NCBI GenBank assembly: GCA_051942245.1
Contig: JAVECL010000013.1
Coordinates: 1 to 64,000, forward strand
Direction: 5' to 3'
DNA from: Trypethelium eluteriae
Lineage: Eukaryota
Length of the DNA stretch: 64,000 nt
Shown: in pieces, positions 60,918 to 64,000 of the stretch
Layout of the letters: each line of letters begins with the position of its first letter
Position numbering within the stretch: position 1 is the stretch's first letter
Notes under the pieces: generated by a model
Databases searched by the model: none
What the model was told of the DNA's origin: nothing
The model's input: only the letters and a program-made list of their open reading frames with translations
Translations under genes and position numbers: made by a program

Positions 60918-61883
60918 TTACACGTACTTGATGGTCACACCCGAAGCGCCGGACAGGGACGCGCTGGCAATGGTGGAGCCACCGTTTGAAGAGGTCATGT
61001 CAATTATATCAGCGCCGCTAACACCAACGGTGCTGCCGGACTTCGTTGCAGTAGCGCCTGTGGGGGTAAAGGTCAGCATGTGTCTCGTTGTCCGTAGTTA
61101 TCACGTCTTTCGGTGTGTGTAGGAAATCAACGTACCAGTGAAGGAGACAGTGCCAAAGTTGGCGAAGGGGACCTGCTCGGCCTGTCCACCCGAGATCTCC
61201 TCGAAGTCCTCGACGATCCATTCGGCGTTGGTCTCGCAGAGGGTGCCGCTCTGGCCGGAGAAGGTGTGGGAGACGCTGGTGCCCTTGGAGAGGTTCTGGA
61301 TAGTGGCTGATGGTGTGTTAGTATAGAGTTTCCTAAGGAAAGAGGTGTCAAAAGGGAGGTGCTTACCAGTTCCGCTCGTCTTGCTTGTGGCAACGATGGT
61401 CAACTTGACGGAGTCGCCAGAGGAGAAGGAGATGCCGGAGAAGTCGACGGCGTTGGCGGGGTACCACTCGTACCAGGCATCGTAGGAGACTCGTCCGTTC
61501 TGAATGGTGAAATCGAGACCCGTCTGGAGGATGGCGCTCCCGCAAGTGTAGCCGTCAATACCCACCCAGGCGGACGCAGAGTAGGCCGTCCCAGAGTTGC
61601 CACCGGGAGGAGTGCTCACGGAGGGAACGGTGAAAGTTCCCTGAACACCAGTGAAGCCGGAACTGTCGAGAGCAGCACCTGCCCAGTTGGTACTTGTCGT
61701 GGTGGCTTGCTGCTCGGCAGGTCCTTCGACATCGCCAGTGACGTTTGCAGCTCTAAATGGCTTGGAGCCACGTCCACCGGCCAAACGCTTCTCAAACTGT
61801 TCGCGGCGGAGAGCCGTGCGAGGAGCAGCAAAGACCTCGCTGGCAGAGAGCAAGCTAGCAATGAGGGCGGTAGTGAATTTCAT
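60918..61883 (-). CDS. Secreted glutamic peptidase, family G1 (aspergilloglutamic / scytalidoglutamic-like), 3 exons
   Basis: Signal peptide MKFTTALIASLL, basic propeptide, STNWAGA, SAWVGIDG, AILQTG (catalytic Gln), YDAWYEWYP, NAEWIVEDF (catalytic Glu), PFANFG. Introns 61366-61307 and 61135-61058. Ends VTIKYV. Confidence 0.93.
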
Positions 61884-64000
61884 GATGAAGAGCGATTGTG
61901 AATGAATTCAGAGTAAGAAGCTTGACGATAGACAGGTACTGGAAAGCGAGAGATGAAAGAGATGAAAGAGACTTAAGAATGCTTCAGCCTTGACTGGTGA
62001 CGAGAGAAGGAGAATCGAAAGGGACGCCATTGAGACTTATATACATGCCACGCTTCATACAGCCTTGCGGCGTGAAATGTTGATATCTCACCTCTGCTGT
62101 TGTGCTGATCCCAGGATCCCTTGTGAGACTCCTCTGAGCTATGAAGTTCGTAGGGTAGGATGACACCTTCCAGATTCATGTCTACATTGTGTGCTTTTGC
62201 GGTAGCTTCGGAATCCCACCATACATAAGCCTTCGGACCATGTCAACAATAATGAAGGTAAGGGTCTCGGAGGGTCATGAGCATGTGCTCGGCCTAAGCA
62301 AAAGATCGTCTCATCCTCAAGGATCCTGCATGAGGGCTATGCGAGACCCGTGCCGTATAGATAAACAGGGTCCAGCGGCAAAGAAACACTGAATCCGCAT
62401 CCTTTTTAATCCAAGTTTAGCTGTAGCAACGGTGCCGCATGCGCTGGCACGCGATAGAGCCGTGATCAAAATAGACGAATGGATTGTTGATCAGCTGCGA
62501 CAGTTGGTCCTTGATCGCCACCATCCGATCTTCCTATCCGACAACGTTTGCGATGAGTAAAAGATCGACAGCGTCCTTAATGAATGTATAAACAAGTGGG
62601 TGTTCCTGATTGCTGGGATCTGCAGGTGCGATTCCATCCGCAGGGACTTGCTACCTAGTCGCAATCAGCCAAAAGAGCTAGAGAAGCCAGTCGATCCATG
62701 CAAGTCAACCATGGAGCGTGATTGCACAGGAGCATGGGCACTATGGCATGCTTTTGCTCATCAATAATCCTTATCAGCGCAGATTTCGTGAAAGTCTTCA
62801 AGATCTCTTATCAGAGTAACGTATAGAAGTGGGGTTGGCATCCAATCGTGGGTATGGTAAGGCCCGCAGACTTGTCGAGGGTCTGTCCCATTCCGGAGTT
62901 TCCTCCTTCTGATGTTCCTTTGTGAACATCGCGGCATGCAGTTGTTTTGATAACGCCACGTCCAGAACCTGCATAACAAGACCTGAACTCGTTGGAACCC
63001 TTGATGGAGACGAAAGTCAAAGGTTCCCCTCCTCCGATTGGAGCGGAGGATGCGACAAATGTTAGCTAGGCCGTCAGAATCCTAGAGTCACTATCCACGC
63101 TAATCGAGATTTCCAAGCAGATACGACCAAAACATGGGGTCGGGTGACTAGAAGGTACCTTGGTAGAGGATCAGGATGGAGGGATTTGGACAATCATCCA
63201 AGTGTTTCGAGTCGCTTTCGGCGCAACGGTTCTCAGCTGCCTGAGACGGGGTAGGGTCTGCAGGAGTGGGCCTGGGGAAGAGATTAGGCACGAGGGTAGG
63301 GGAGAGTGGGAGAGGTGCCAAGAGCCGGCCAAAGGGCAGACGAAGGTGCGAAGACAGGAAGACTGACCATCCATCGCTTAGCATCGGCCCGGAGCTGCCA
63401 CCGGTCGCCGTCTTTGGCAGGAGCAACTCGGAACAATCGTGGCGAACTACCGAGCCTTTAGCGTCTCCTATCTCACATCGTCGTCTCCTATCAAGCTGCA
63501 AGAACCTCATCGCTAATCAAGTTCATGATGCGGTGTATAGTGTGCGGAGTACATCTCTAGCCAAAAGCAAAGGTGTTTAGATCTCTTTCGCCGGTCTCTT
63601 CCTGAGAATCTCCGGTTTCATTCGGGGAACTTTGCCGGGTCCGCACCCACGCGTAATCGTGATGCCATTTTATGCGTTCGAGACGCGTTTGACCGATCTG
63701 TGGCCGAACTCCAGCGACATGCTACCCGCTTTCAGGCCGTGCCGACACCGTATTGCGCGTTATTGCTGAACAGCTCCAATTTGAGATGGGATTAAATTCG
63801 GCCTGAGCAGCTATAGTTACGATCAAGAGCTCGTCGACACCTTCCTGTGCCCTTACACTTAGGGGTCGTATGTGGCAGAAGTCTCATTAACTATGTCCAA
63901 AACCCCAAATACGATCGAATACGCACATACAATCATGGCCAAAAACCGTAGCGATCGAGAGCTGGCAAGCGTCTCAAGCGCCGACAATCCATATCCCAGA

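Noticed and set aside
63788..63873. 5S rRNA-like start ACATACGACC on the minus strand
   Set aside because: Only short patches resemble 5S; the spacing is wrong, and the 3' half and terminal stem are absent.

Overview
Eukaryotic, intron-containing DNA from a filamentous ascomycete (Pezizomycotina; GT-AG introns of about 50-145 nt with CTRAC/CTAAC branch sites; Eurotiomycetes-like affinity is only an impression). About 20 protein-coding loci were identified. Core genes: alanine-glyoxylate aminotransferase, VPS29, Ecl1-family zinc protein, DUF1295 membrane protein, glycerol-3-phosphate acyltransferase, vacuolar Ca2+/H+ exchanger, NOP16, amino-acid permease, UPF1, IMP4, HAD-IIA hydrolase, phospholipase C, spermidine synthase, a G1 glutamic peptidase and several hypotheticals. 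Between the DUF1295 and acyltransferase genes lies an accessory-looking block (about 12.3-25.2 kb). It holds an intact, intronless 1333-aa NACHT/NLR-like gene head-to-head with a fungal AAA+ ATPase gene split by one in-frame TGA, a membrane-protein gene split by one in-frame TAG, and a spliced gene relic. Best leads: (1) an ATG-less, CUG-context, mitochondrial-presequence-like 85-codon in-frame extension upstream of the aminotransferase; (2) the NLR/AAA+ divergent pair; (3) single stop codons in otherwise intact neighbouring genes (decay versus readthrough or A-to-I correction); (4) a tandem array of PacC-type sites upstream of the Ecl1 gene. No tRNA, rRNA, transposase or CRISPR could be supported. 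All family calls come from motif recognition by eye, not database searches.
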